NCBI RefSeq assembly: GCF_965276875.1
Contig: NZ_OZ255701.1
Span: forward strand, 2,752,440-2,816,439
DNA from: Lichenicoccus sp.
GTDB lineage: Bacteria > Pseudomonadota > Alphaproteobacteria > Acetobacterales > Acetobacteraceae
DNA length: 64,000 bases
Reading direction: 5' to 3'
Shown here piece by piece: positions 1 through 10,026 of this stretch; positions within the stretch are counted from its first letter, which is position 1, and the number at the start of each line of letters is the position of its first letter. The translations under genes were made by a program, and so were the position numbers. The notes below the pieces were generated by a model that saw only the letters and a program-made list of their open reading frames with translations, did no database searches and was not told the origin of the DNA.

Positions 1-1
1 T

Positions 2-745
2 GGCTTCAACACCACCGAGCGCAATTCAGCGATGGTCAAGAAGCACCCCGATCGCTTCATCCTCAACGGCGCGTTCGACCCGCGCGACGGCGAGCAGGGA
101 TTGGAGGCGCTGCACGCGCTGGCCGAGAAGTTCAAGCTCAAGGGTGTGAAGCTCTACACGGCGGAATGGAAGGGCGAGTCGAAGGGCTACAAGCTCTCCG
201 ACAAGGCAAGCTACCGCTACCTGGAGGCCGCGGAAAAGCTCGGCATCAAGAACATCCACGTCCATAAGGGCCCGACAATCCTGCCGCTGAACCGCGATGC
301 GTTCGACGTCGCCGACATCGACGACGTGGCGTCGAGCTTCCAGAACCTCAACTTCATCGTCGAGCATTGCGGACTGCCGCGGCTCGATGATTTCTGCTGG
401 ATCGCAACGCAGGAGACCAACGTCTTTGCCGGCCTCGCCGTGGCGTTGCCGTTCATCCATAGCCGGCCGGGCTATTTCGCGCACATCATCTCCGAGCTGC
501 TGTTCTGGGTCGGCGAGGACAAAATCCTCTACGGCAGCGACTACGGGATCTGGACGCCAAAATGGCTCGTCGAGAAGTTCATGAACTTCGAACTGCCCGA
601 AGACATCGCCAAGGAGACCGGCACCTCGCTGTCGCGCGCGGCCAAGAAGAAAATCCTCGGTCTGAATGCCGCCCGCATCTACGACATCGACGTCGAGGCG
701 CAGAAGCGCAAGCTCGGCGTCGCAGAGAGCGTGGCGGCGGAGTGA
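2..745 (+). CDS. Metal-dependent amidohydrolase family protein (5'-truncated by window edge)
   Basis: The frame is open from the window edge, with no stop before the first ATG at 32. The translation (..KNIHVHKGP..IVEHCGLP..ILYGSDYGIW..) looks like a TIM-barrel amidohydrolase. The order amidohydrolase-DUF59-GroEL-like is typical of soluble di-iron monooxygenase accessory genes. Confidence 0.8.
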   Translation, partial: GFNTTERNSAMVKKHPDRFILNGAFDPRDGEQGLEALHALAEKFKLKGVKLYTAEWKGESKGYKLSDKASYRYLEAAEKLGIKNIHVHKGPTILPLNRDAFDVADIDDVASSFQNLNFIVEHCGLPRLDDFCWIATQETNVFAGLAVALPFIHSRPGYFAHIISELLFWVGEDKILYGSDYGIWTPKWLVEKFMNFELPEDIAKETGTSLSRAAKKKILGLNAARIYDIDVEAQKRKLGVAESVAAE

Positions 746-1539
746 GCGCGCTGCCCGACGGATCGACGGGGGACCGGGTCAGCGAGGTGCTGGCCCGGTT
801 GGCATTGGTGAACGATCCCGAACTCGACGAGTCCGTCACGGCGCTCGGCTTCGTCACTGGGGTCACCGTCGATGCGGCTGGCCGCGTCGGGGTGGGGTTC
901 CGGTTGCCGACCTATTGGTGCGCCGCCAACTTCGCCTTCCTCATGGCCGACGACATGCGCCGGGAGATTGCGGACCTGCTCTGGGTCACCGGCATCGATA
1001 TCGAGCTCGGCGAGCACATGTACGCGGAGACGATCAATCGGGCGGTGGCCACCGGGCTGTCCTTCAAGGACACCTTTGCCGAAGAGGCGGACGGCAACCT
1101 TGACGAGGTGCGGCAGGTCTTTGCGATGAAGGCTTTCCAGCGCCGGCAGATGGCGTTGCTCGATCATCTGGGCCGGCTCGGCTACGAGGTCGAGACCCTG
1201 CTGGGCATGAGCATTGCCGAGTTGATGGCAATCGAGTTCGCGTCGGAGGGCAGGGCGCTGGTCAGCCGCTATCTGGAGCGTCGCAATGCGCCGGGAGCGT
1301 TCGGGCCAGGGGATCGGGCCTTCGTCGACGAGACCGGCGGCGCGGTCGCCGTTGAGGCGTACGGCGCGCATCGGCGGGCGTTGCGGCGCGTGACGGTGAA
1401 TGTCGAATTCAACGGCGCCCTCTGCCGCGGATTGCTCGCCGCGCGCTACGGCGAGGCCGATCACACACTCTCCGGCGAACCCACCTTGCTTGACTTCGTA
1501 CGTGACCATCGACCGAAGGCCGCCGCCGCACCCGCCTGA
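742..1539 (+). CDS. DUF59 (MIP18/PaaD-like Fe-S assembly domain) protein with C-terminal extension
   Basis: The GTG at 742 overlaps the upstream stop (GTGA). The N-terminus LVNDPELDESVTALGFVTGVTVD..LPTYWCAANF is DUF59-like. The earlier ATG at 562 in the track lies inside the preceding gene and gives Arg-rich junk. Confidence 0.75.
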   Translation: MSALPDGSTGDRVSEVLARLALVNDPELDESVTALGFVTGVTVDAAGRVGVGFRLPTYWCAANFAFLMADDMRREIADLLWVTGIDIELGEHMYAETINRAVATGLSFKDTFAEEADGNLDEVRQVFAMKAFQRRQMALLDHLGRLGYEVETLLGMSIAELMAIEFASEGRALVSRYLERRNAPGAFGPGDRAFVDETGGAVAVEAYGAHRRALRRVTVNVEFNGALCRGLLAARYGEADHTLSGEPTLLDFVRDHRPKAAAAPA

Positions 1540-1573
1540 CAAAATCAAGAACGAACCAAGGGAGTTCCCCATA

Positions 1574-3211
1574 GTGGCCAAGATGATGCTGCATGACGAG
1601 GCGGCACGGGCGGCGCTGGGCCGCGGTGTGTCGAAGCTGGCGAAGGCGGTCCGTGGCACGCTGGGTCCGAAGGGCATGAACGCCATCATCGACCGGCCGA
1701 TCGGCACACCGCTGATCTCGCGCGACGGCGTGAGCATCGCCCAGGAGATCGAGCTGGAATGCCCGTTCGAGAACATGGGCGCGCAGGTGGTGCGCGAGGT
1801 CTCCAAGCAGACCAACGAGGTCGCCGGCGACGGCACCACCACCGCGACCGTGCTCGCCGACGCCATGGTGGGGCAGGGGCTGGTTTGCCTCGGACAGGGC
1901 GCCAATCCGGTCGAACTGGTGCAGGGATTGGAGGAAGCCGCGTCCGCGGCCATCGCGGCACTACGGCGCAGTGCGCGTCCGCTGTCAGGGGCGAGCCAGG
2001 CGCGCGCCGTGGCGGTGATCGCCGCCAACGACGTGGCCACCGGTGGCATGGTCGCCGAGGCGATCGAACGGGTGGGAGCATCCGGCATCGTCACCGTGGA
2101 GTTCGGCAGCACCGTCGAGACCGTGCTCGACATCGTGGACGGCATGGCATTCGACCGCGGCTACCTGTCGCACCACATGGTCAACGACATCGAGCGGATG
2201 CAGGTGGTGCTGCACAACCCGCTGATCCTGATGACCGACCTCAAGCTGACCGAGGCCGCCGACATCGCCGCGATCGATGCGTTGCTGGCCGAGAGCAGGC
2301 GGCCATTGCTGATCATTGCCGAGGAGGTGGCACCCGCCTGCATCATGGCGCTGCTCGGCCGCCCGGACCGTGAGCAGGCGCCGGTGGCCGCGATCCATCC
2401 TCCCGAGTTCGGCCATTGGCGCCGCGCAATGCTGGAAGATATCGCGATCGCGACCGGCGGACGGGTGATCGCCCGTGACCTGGGTGGTCGCATCGCGGAC
2501 GTTTCGATGCGCGACCTCGGCTCGGCACGCCAGATTCGGGTATCCGCCAACCAGACCGTGATCAGCGGCGGCGGCGGCGACGCGGACTCGATCGCAGCCC
2601 GCCGGCATCAGGTGGCCCGGCAACTCGACGCGGCGCCGCAGAACATCGAGCGCGACAAGTACCACGAGCGCCTGGCCAAGCTGTCGGGAGGCTCGGCCAC
2701 CATCCTGGCTGGGGGCGCGACGCCGGTGGAGCAGAAGCGTCGTGCGCAACTGATCGAGGACGCCGTCAACGCGACGCGTGCGGCGGTCGAGGAGGGCATC
2801 GTCGCCGGCGGCGGCACGGCGATGCTGCAGATCGCGCCGGAGCTGGACGGGCTGGTGGAGCGCCTCTCCGGCAGCGCCCGGCAAGGTGCGCAACTGCTGC
2901 AGAATGCGCTCGCGGAACCGCTGAGCTGCATTGCCGCAAATTGCGGACTGGTGCCGGAGGATATCGTCGCACGGGTCGCTCAATCGCCGCATGGCACCGG
3001 TTTCGATGCCCGCGCGGGCCGCTTCTGCGACCTGGTGGAGGCCGACGTGATCGACCCAATGCGGGTCGGCGCCACCGCGATCCGCAACGCCACCTCGGTC
3101 GCCGCCCTCATCCTGACCACCCAGACGCTGATCGCGAGCAAACCGGACGGCTACGATCCGACCGCAGGCATTGCGACCGGCGGCGGGGCGGAGAGACTGG
3201 GCCGCGCCTGA
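1574..3211 (+). CDS. GroEL/Cpn60-family chaperonin paralogue (monooxygenase-associated type)
   Basis: GGAG sits about 9 nt upstream of the GTG at 1574. The translation carries GroEL hallmarks (TLGPKGMN..ISRDGVSIAQEIELE..FENMGAQVVREV..AGDGTTTATVLA). There is no C-terminal GGM repeat and no adjacent groES. Confidence 0.9.
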   Translation: MAKMMLHDEAARAALGRGVSKLAKAVRGTLGPKGMNAIIDRPIGTPLISRDGVSIAQEIELECPFENMGAQVVREVSKQTNEVAGDGTTTATVLADAMVGQGLVCLGQGANPVELVQGLEEAASAAIAALRRSARPLSGASQARAVAVIAANDVATGGMVAEAIERVGASGIVTVEFGSTVETVLDIVDGMAFDRGYLSHHMVNDIERMQVVLHNPLILMTDLKLTEAADIAAIDALLAESRRPLLIIAEEVAPACIMALLGRPDREQAPVAAIHPPEFGHWRRAMLEDIAIATGGRVIARDLGGRIADVSMRDLGSARQIRVSANQTVISGGGGDADSIAARRHQVARQLDAAPQNIERDKYHERLAKLSGGSATILAGGATPVEQKRRAQLIEDAVNATRAAVEEGIVAGGGTAMLQIAPELDGLVERLSGSARQGAQLLQNALAEPLSCIAANCGLVPEDIVARVAQSPHGTGFDARAGRFCDLVEADVIDPMRVGATAIRNATSVAALILTTQTLIASKPDGYDPTAGIATGGGAERLGRA

Positions 3212-3230
3212 CGCTACGGGAGGAGAGGTC

Positions 3231-5138
3231 ATGCCGCCGCCCGCCCTGGCCCTGCCCACGATCCACCGGCAGAGCGACAGCAGCGACACCATGGAGGCGT
3301 GGGAGCGCTTCCTGACCGGCGACGGCAGTGTGGTGATTCCGGCACGCAACTTTGTCGTGGCATCCTGGCTGCGCAGCCAGCAATTGGGGATCGATCCGGT
3401 CGGTCGCTCGGCGCCGATGGTTGCGACCGGGGCCGCGATCCGGCCTTTGCGCGAGCGCCATGCGGAACTGCTTGCCGCGGCCGAGGGCGTGTTCGCGCAG
3501 GCCGCCCCGATGCTCAGCGGCTCGCGCTCGATGATGCTGCTGACCAACCCGGACGGCATCATCCTCGATGTGATCGGCGATCCGTTTACCCTGGAGCAGG
3601 GCGAGGACATCCACCTCAAGCCAGGCGGCGACTGGCGTGAGGCGGCGATCGGCACCAACGGCATCGGCACCGCCTTGGCGACCGCGCGTCCGGCCCAGGT
3701 GCACGCGTCCGAGCATTTCTGCGACGGCATCAAGGCCTGGACCTGCGCCGCATCCCCGGTGTTCGAGCCCGGCACCGGCGCGATGCTGGGCGTGATCGAT
3801 ATCTCGGGGCCGCCCTCGACCTACCAGCGCAACAATCTCTCGCTCGCGGTCGCCACCGCCCGACAGATCGAGATGGCGCTTGCGGAACGGGCGATGCAGG
3901 AACGCATGCGATTGCTGGAAATCTGTCTCGACCGGATTTCGGACGCCGATGTCGCCGGCATGGTCGCGATCGACCGCCGCGGTCGGCTGGTGCATCGCAC
4001 CGGGCGCGTGCCGAACCTGGTGGCGATGGGCCAGCGTGTGCCCGGGCTCGATGACGCATCCTCGGTCGAGGCCTGGGCCGAGAAGCTTCCCGACGGACTG
4101 CGCGCCGAGTGGTTCACGCCGGTGACCGTGGGCGGACGCGCGATCGGCGCCATGCTGGTGGTGCCGACACGTGCGCGGCCGCCGTCAGCGCAGAACGCGC
4201 CCGATGCGTTTGCGCAGATCATCGGTTCCAGCCGCGCGATCCTCGATATCGTGGCACGGGCGAAACGGCTGGTCGGCAAGCAGGTGCCGGTCCTGATCCA
4301 CGGTGAGACCGGCGTCGGCAAGGAGCTGTTCGCACGCGCTATCCATGGCGAGGCGAGCGAGCAGAGACCGTTCATCGTGTTCAATTGCGGCGCGGTCTCC
4401 AAGGAGCTGCTGGGCGCGGAATTGTTCGGCTATGTGCGCGGCGCCTTCACCGGCGCCGCCGCGGAAGGGCGCGCTGGCCGGTTCGAGCTCGCCCACGGTG
4501 GCACGCTATGCCTGGACGAGATCGGCGAGCTGCCGCTCGACCTGCAGCCGCTGCTGCTGCGTGTACTTGAGGACGGTATCATCTACCGCCTGGGCGAAGG
4601 CACGCCGCGTCGCGTCAACACCCGGCTGCTCTGCATGACCAACCGCAACCTGCCGGCGGAAGTCGAAGCGGGACGGTTTCGCCGCGATCTTTATTACCGG
4701 ATCAGCGTTACCACGCTCGAGCCGCCGCCTTTGCGGGATCGTGCCGGGGACGTCGAGATGCTGATCGCCCACTTCAACGAGACGCTGTCGGCTCGCCACG
4801 CCGTGCCGATGCGCCGCTTCGGTCCCGAGGTGATGCGTCTGATCGACGCCTATCATTGGCCAGGCAACGTGCGCGAATTGCGCAACATGGTCGAGACCCA
4901 GTTGCTGATGGCGGAATCTCCCGACGTCAGCGTGGACGAACTCGCGGCCGAAATGCCCCAGGCCGCGCGCCACGCAAGTCCCCCGCCGACCACCGGCGTG
5001 GTCAATCTGAGCGACGCCGAACACGCCATCATCCTGGACGCCCTGAAACGCTCGGACGGCAACCTCGCGGCCGCGGCGCGGGCGCTGGGTGTGTCCCGTA
5101 GCACGTTGTACCGGAAGCTTGAGGGGTATCGGCCCTGA
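3231..5138 (+). CDS. Sigma-54-dependent transcriptional activator (AcoR-like; GAF-type N-terminus, AAA+, Fis HTH)
   Basis: GGGAGGAGAGG RBS precedes the ATG at 3231. It has a Walker A ([15 protein letters not shown]), the GAFTGA sigma54-contact motif, and a C-terminal HTH ([17 protein letters not shown]). Confidence 0.9.
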   Translation: MPPPALALPTIHRQSDSSDTMEAWERFLTGDGSVVIPARNFVVASWLRSQQLGIDPVGRSAPMVATGAAIRPLRERHAELLAAAEGVFAQAAPMLSGSRSMMLLTNPDGIILDVIGDPFTLEQGEDIHLKPGGDWREAAIGTNGIGTALATARPAQVHASEHFCDGIKAWTCAASPVFEPGTGAMLGVIDISGPPSTYQRNNLSLAVATARQIEMALAERAMQERMRLLEICLDRISDADVAGMVAIDRRGRLVHRTGRVPNLVAMGQRVPGLDDASSVEAWAEKLPDGLRAEWFTPVTVGGRAIGAMLVVPTRARPPSAQNAPDAFAQIIGSSRAILDIVARAKRLVGKQVPVLIHGETGVGKELFARAIHGEASEQRPFIVFNCGAVSKELLGAELFGYVRGAFTGAAAEGRAGRFELAHGGTLCLDEIGELPLDLQPLLLRVLEDGIIYRLGEGTPRRVNTRLLCMTNRNLPAEVEAGRFRRDLYYRISVTTLEPPPLRDRAGDVEMLIAHFNETLSARHAVPMRRFGPEVMRLIDAYHWPGNVRELRNMVETQLLMAESPDVSVDELAAEMPQAARHASPPPTTGVVNLSDAEHAIILDALKRSDGNLAAAARALGVSRSTLYRKLEGYRP

Positions 5139-5229
5139 GCGCGTGGCGGCTCAGGTCGGGCTCTGCCCGAACCCGCCAGGGGGCGTAAGCCCCCTGGACC
5201 CCATTACCAAGGACCATAACGCCCCATCT

Positions 5230-5973
5230 GTGTTCCGGCCGGAAAATCTGCTGCGCGAGGCGCGTCGGCAGAAGGACTTGCCGGTCGAGAATGTTCCGGA
5301 CATTTGCGTGCTCGATCCGGACGGCGACATTCTGCGACAACTTCGGGCAGATGGCCGGGCGACACGCATGTCGGCCTGGGCCTGCTACCACACCGATCTC
5401 TTCACGTTCGAGCTTGGCGGCGAACGCTTCGGGATTGTCGGATGCGCCGTCGGAGCCTCCTTCGCCGTGCTCATCGCCGAGCAGATGTTCGCGTCCGGAT
5501 GCCGCCTGCTCATCAGCATCACGTCGGCGGGCGAAATCGCGGCAGGCGGGCCGACACCCGCCTTCGTGCTGATCGACAGGGCGTTGCGCGATGAAGGCAC
5601 CAGCCGGCATTATTTGCCTCCGTCCGACTTCGCCGAAGCCGATCTGGCACTCGTCGAGCCTCTGATGCGAGCGCTCGAAGGCGGCGTGCCCGCGGTCAGA
5701 CGCGGTTCGACCTGGACGACGGACGCGCCGTTTCGCGAAACCGAAGCTGCCATCGCGGCGGCGCGGGCCCATGGCGTGCTCGCGGTGGAGATGGAGGCCG
5801 CCGCCCTCTACGCGTTCGCGCGCGCCTGTGGCAAGCCGGTTGTGTGTTTCGCCCATGTGACCAATCAGATGGCCCAGATCAGCGGCGACTTCGAAAAGGG
5901 CGAGGCAGGCGGCGCGCACGATGCCATCCGTCTGCTCCAGGCTGCGGCGCAAGCATGGCGATCAACGCTGTGA
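5230..5973 (+). CDS. Nucleoside phosphorylase family (PNP/UDP-1-like) protein
   Basis: The translation ..GIVGCAVGASFAVLIAEQ..LISITSAGEI..VEMEAAALYAFA.. fits the phosphorylase fold. The start is uncertain: the GTG at 5230 is chosen because the track start 5089 overlaps the upstream gene by 50 nt. Confidence 0.65.
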   Translation: MFRPENLLREARRQKDLPVENVPDICVLDPDGDILRQLRADGRATRMSAWACYHTDLFTFELGGERFGIVGCAVGASFAVLIAEQMFASGCRLLISITSAGEIAAGGPTPAFVLIDRALRDEGTSRHYLPPSDFAEADLALVEPLMRALEGGVPAVRRGSTWTTDAPFRETEAAIAAARAHGVLAVEMEAAALYAFARACGKPVVCFAHVTNQMAQISGDFEKGEAGGAHDAIRLLQAAAQAWRSTL

Positions 5974-6042
5974 AAGCGCTCGGCGCGCACAATCAACATC
6001 TGGCTCCTTCGGCTGTCTGTCGGGGCCATGTGGTGGTAGCCT

Positions 6043-8277
6043 TTAGCTGAAGGTCAGGCTGGTGTTCGGATCGGTCACCCCGAACAGCGCCAGCGACGTT
6101 CCGTCCACGAGATGGAAAATCGTGTTGCCGCCGCCGATTGTCTTTTGAACGTCCGCAGAGCTGTAGCCAAACAGCCTGATCTGATCGACACCGGGCCTGA
6201 AACCGTGCAGCAGGTCGAGCCCGCCGGAGGCACCGCGCACGACGTCGAACAGGACCGCGCCGCTGCCGAACGTCACGATCGCAGCACCGCTGCCCAGGAC
6301 GACCTGGCCGGGACCGGCGCCTTCGGCAAGGTTCATGGTGCCGCTGCCGGTAAAGACCAGGCTCGCGCCTGAGCCCGTGCTAATGGCCGAATGTCCGGAG
6401 CCGCCCGCGACCAGCATGTTGGCGGTCCGCGCCGTCACACCCAGGGTGCCGCTTCCGCCGATGATGGAGTCCGCACCCTTGCTGCTGCCGATCACATTCG
6501 TGTCGCCGCCGCCGGCGAAGATGGCGTCGCCATTCTGGGCGGTGATCGAATCGTGCTGACCGCCGCCCACTATGGTATCGCCGCCGCCGGTCCCGCCGAC
6601 CACGGTGTTGCTGCCGGAGCCGGTGAAGATCACGCTGCCGTTGGTGCCGCCAACGATGCTGGCGTTGCCGGCACCGCCGATGAGGAACTCCTTGCCCGAG
6701 CCTGCGACCAGCGCCGTGGTGCCGGAGGCCGCCCCGAACAGTTTGTCGCCGCCGGCGGCTCCGGTCAGGGTCGTGTTGCCGCCCGCGCCGATCAGGATGT
6801 TCCCGCCGGTGCGTCCGCCCTGGTAAACGCCGCCGCCGGCGCCGGCGAAGATCGTGGTCGCCCCCAGGCCGCCGGTCACGGTGCTGTCGCTCAGGCCACC
6901 GACGAAGGTGAGCGCACCGGCGCCCCCCTGTACCGAGAGGAACCCGGCAGGTGCCACGATGATTTCGGAAGCACTCCCCGCCTGCACCGTATCGGCGTCG
7001 TGCGCGACGTAGGTCTGGCTGCCGTTCAGATCGACCACGGAACCTGACGGTCCGGGTAGGCTCGATCCACTGAACGTCAGGGGTATCATCTTGGGCAGTG
7101 ACGAGATTTCGTGGGTTCCGGCAGCGGTTCCATCCGTGATCCACAGACCGTCATTACCCGCGGCATCGGAGCTGCTGAACACCAGCTTGCCGTCGTATGG
7201 CTGCAAGCCCTCGGCAGAGATACCATTGGCGCCTACCAAGAGTTGATAGGTGCCAGCCTGCGTTCCATCGCTGGTCCATAATCCCGAATTTCCCTTGTTC
7301 GAGACGTTAAAAAGAACCTTTCCCCCCAGTGCCACCGGTTCGCCATCGACGATGCTTCCCGCCGGACCGGTGACCAGCGCGTGCGTACCGGCATCGGTGC
7401 CGTCGGTCACGTAAAGGCCGATGGCAGAAATGAAGAATGCCTGGTTTCCCGCTACGGTGAGCCCCCCGATGTTCGACAGATAGGGGGGTCCGACCGGTTC
7501 TATCTTGCTGGTTCCGGCCGTGGTCCCGTCCGAACGCCACAGGCCATTATCGGTGCCGAACAGGGCCACGCCGTTCAACGAGACGGGCGCAACGGAGCCG
7601 ATGATGTTGTCAAAGCCGGGGACGCCGAGCGACTGCGTTCCCGAAGGCGTCCCGTCCGTCACCCAAAGCGATGATCCGAATGGGTCCAGGCCGGATTGGA
7701 TTTCGAATACAACCTTGCCGCTGGCAACGGCGGCATAGCCCGTCGGAGCCACAGACTGCGTGGCCGGTGTGAGCAGATGCGTGCCGGCGAGGGTGCCGTC
7801 CGAGGTCCACAAGCCGTAGACGCTGCTCGCGGCAGACACACCGTCGAAGAATAGTTTGCCCTCGACGGTCGCAAGATTGTCGGCCTTGACGCCTGCCAGG
7901 ATCTCGGTCGTGCCGGCGGCGGTGCCATCGGTGGTCCAGACGCTCGCATTGCCGTTATGGTCCAGCGCGGTGAACGCAGCCTTGCCACCAAAGGACGTGA
8001 GGTTTGCAAAGCTCACCGGAGCCTCGGCGCCGGCGCCTACGGGCACGATAACGGTGCCGACAGCCGTGCCGTCACTGCTCCACAGGACGGTCTGTCCGGC
8101 TGCGTTCTGGCCCAGGAAAAGCACGGTGGCACCCAGGCTGACAAACTCGGTAGGGTTGATCCCTTTCGCGGCGGACGCGCCTTGCGGCAGAAGCTCAACC
8201 GTGCCGACGCCATCGGAGACAAGGAGATTGACCCTGCTGCCAGCGTCTTCCGCGGCAAACAGAAAGCGTTCGCTCAT
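6043..8277 (-). CDS. ELWxxDGT-repeat (beta-propeller-like) protein with Gly-rich RTX-like C-terminal region
   Basis: GGGAG RBS precedes the ATG at 8277. There are eight spaced [LV][WY]x[ST]DGTxxGT repeats, then GGxGxD-like Gly/Asp-rich repeats. No N-terminal signal peptide is evident. Confidence 0.8.
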   Translation of the reverse strand: MSERFLFAAEDAGSRVNLLVSDGVGTVELLPQGASAAKGINPTEFVSLGATVLFLGQNAAGQTVLWSSDGTAVGTVIVPVGAGAEAPVSFANLTSFGGKAAFTALDHNGNASVWTTDGTAAGTTEILAGVKADNLATVEGKLFFDGVSAASSVYGLWTSDGTLAGTHLLTPATQSVAPTGYAAVASGKVVFEIQSGLDPFGSSLWVTDGTPSGTQSLGVPGFDNIIGSVAPVSLNGVALFGTDNGLWRSDGTTAGTSKIEPVGPPYLSNIGGLTVAGNQAFFISAIGLYVTDGTDAGTHALVTGPAGSIVDGEPVALGGKVLFNVSNKGNSGLWTSDGTQAGTYQLLVGANGISAEGLQPYDGKLVFSSSDAAGNDGLWITDGTAAGTHEISSLPKMIPLTFSGSSLPGPSGSVVDLNGSQTYVAHDADTVQAGSASEIIVAPAGFLSVQGGAGALTFVGGLSDSTVTGGLGATTIFAGAGGGVYQGGRTGGNILIGAGGNTTLTGAAGGDKLFGAASGTTALVAGSGKEFLIGGAGNASIVGGTNGSVIFTGSGSNTVVGGTGGGDTIVGGGQHDSITAQNGDAIFAGGGDTNVIGSSKGADSIIGGSGTLGVTARTANMLVAGGSGHSAISTGSGASLVFTGSGTMNLAEGAGPGQVVLGSGAAIVTFGSGAVLFDVVRGASGGLDLLHGFRPGVDQIRLFGYSSADVQKTIGGGNTIFHLVDGTSLALFGVTDPNTSLTFS

Positions 8278-8414
8278 TATCTTGGCTCCCGGGCCTACAC
8301 AGAAGGTTCGCAATTACTGCAGCATGATGCGACTACGCAATGATTATAACATGTTGCCTGATCATTGCAGGTTGCGCTCGACATTCCTGCAACGAAACAG
8401 TATGACGCAGCATC

Positions 8415-9155
8415 ATGGTGTGTTCCTTGCGTGCATCCTGGCTTCTACTGTCGCTCCTGATGCTCGCCGACTGTGCAAGCAAGCCCGTGCCGTTTCGCAT
8501 CGACCATGCCGGAACCCTGCCTCAAGCCAGCTATGCCGACTTCGATCGCCAGGCTGCCGCGGCGACCCCGCGCCTGAAGACTTTTGGCGCGGTTCCCAAG
8601 GACCTTCCTGAACCCTATTGGGTCTTTTCTTTTGAGGCCCCGCTCGATCCGGGCAGGGCGCCGTTGCAGATCGGACGCTTCAGCGGATCGGGAGAGATTG
8701 CAGCGCGCGTGGCAGCAAATCTGCCGCAACACCTTCAGCAGGCGCTGAGCGGGACGGGGCTGTTTAAGGTCGTCACGCGTTCGCCGATGCCGCACGCCTT
8801 TGTGCTGTGCGGCACGGTGACACGGGCCGACGAAGAGAACGGGCCGGGATTGGAAACCAATGACGGAACTCAGGTCGAGGCGATTCTCGTGCGCGACAAC
8901 GCCTTCTTCGGCGCCATTCAGATCAATGCGATCGAACTCGGATTCTCCCCGTTGTCCCTGGGAGCAACCTTGATCATGAACCTGGCGCAGGGGTCGAGGG
9001 CGAGTTTCGTCAGCGGAAAGTTCGCGGAGGTCTTCCAGGCGGCGGCGAAAGGCAGCCGGCGCGGACTGAGCACAGACTCCCTGAGCACCCGGTTCATGCG
9101 CATGCCGGCAGCACCTTCGCCTGTGCGGCAGGCAGCGGCGACGCCTCTACCTTGA
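8415..9155 (+). CDS. Hypothetical lipoprotein
   Basis: The N-terminus MVCSLRASWLLLSLLMLADC has a signal peptide plus a lipobox-like LADC. I recognise no family. Confidence 0.55.
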   Translation: MVCSLRASWLLLSLLMLADCASKPVPFRIDHAGTLPQASYADFDRQAAAATPRLKTFGAVPKDLPEPYWVFSFEAPLDPGRAPLQIGRFSGSGEIAARVAANLPQHLQQALSGTGLFKVVTRSPMPHAFVLCGTVTRADEENGPGLETNDGTQVEAILVRDNAFFGAIQINAIELGFSPLSLGATLIMNLAQGSRASFVSGKFAEVFQAAAKGSRRGLSTDSLSTRFMRMPAAPSPVRQAAATPLP

Positions 9156-9167
9156 CTGCAGCCTGCT

Positions 9168-10001
9168 TCAGCCGCGCGGATAAGCCGGGGCGGCGACGTC
9201 CTGCATTGATCTGGTGGTTCTGCCGTACGCGACATAGAGCGCGCCGCCGGTGAAGACAAGGGCGCCAACCAGGTTGCCGAGCGTCACCGGGATTTCGTTC
9301 CAGGCCCACCAGTCATAGAGCGTGACCTTGGCGCCGAACATCATGCCGACCGGGATCGCGAACATGTTGACCACGCAATGCTCGAAGCCCTGACTGACGA
9401 AGATGAAGATCGGCAGCCAGGCGCCGAGGATCTTGCCGGTCGTCGAGGTCGAGGCGAGCCCCATCACCGAGCCGAGGCTGACCATCCAGTTGCACAGGAT
9501 CGCCTTGACGAACACGGTCAGCATCCCCGCGGCGCCGAACGCCTCGTAGGCCGTGGTCTTGCTGACCGCGAGTGCCCGCAGTTTGGCGCCGATGACGCCG
9601 CCGGTGGTCTGGCCTGCGTCGGTCGCGGCGATCCAGAACAGCACCGCATAGATCAGCGCGCCGATCAGGTTGCCGGCGAACACCAGCGACCAGTTGCGCA
9701 GCATCGCCCCCGCGCCGATGCGGCCAGAAAACAGGCTGACCGGCATGATGCCGAAATTGCCGGTGAGAAGCTCCATGCCCAGCACCACGATCAGGGCGAA
9801 GCCGGCCGGGAACAGCAGCGCGCCGACGACGAACTGCCCGGTCTGGACGGCGAGCAGGAATGCCATTGAGGTGACGAAGGCGAGATAGGCACCAGCAAGT
9901 CCTGCGCGGACCAGGGTCTCGACCGCGGGCAACTCCGCCTTGATCACGCCGGACTCGATCATGTTGTCGAGCACGACGCCAGGCTTGACGTAATCGGACA
10001 T
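9168..10001 (-). CDS. Formate/nitrite transporter (FNT) family channel
   Basis: Six-TM protein with FNT-like segments (..GMELLTGNF.., ..FEHCVVNMF..). It lies 25 nt downstream of fdsD on the same strand. Confidence 0.9.
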   Translation of the reverse strand: MSDYVKPGVVLDNMIESGVIKAELPAVETLVRAGLAGAYLAFVTSMAFLLAVQTGQFVVGALLFPAGFALIVVLGMELLTGNFGIMPVSLFSGRIGAGAMLRNWSLVFAGNLIGALIYAVLFWIAATDAGQTTGGVIGAKLRALAVSKTTAYEAFGAAGMLTVFVKAILCNWMVSLGSVMGLASTSTTGKILGAWLPIFIFVSQGFEHCVVNMFAIPVGMMFGAKVTLYDWWAWNEIPVTLGNLVGALVFTGGALYVAYGRTTRSMQDVAAPAYPRG

Positions 10002-10026
10002 GCCGTTGATTTCCCTTTACGTTTCT

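Noticed and set aside
679-2145. Long ORFs antisense to, or out of frame with, strongly recognisable genes. Examples: 679..2145(-), 1985..3775(-), 11661..13484(+), 13145..14809(+), 34673..36457(-), 38350..41433(-), 51977..54559(-), 60803..62575(+).
   Set aside because: Their translations are Arg/Ala/Gly/Pro-rich low-complexity strings typical of non-coding frames in GC-rich DNA. Each is fully shadowed by a gene with clear family motifs on the other strand or frame.
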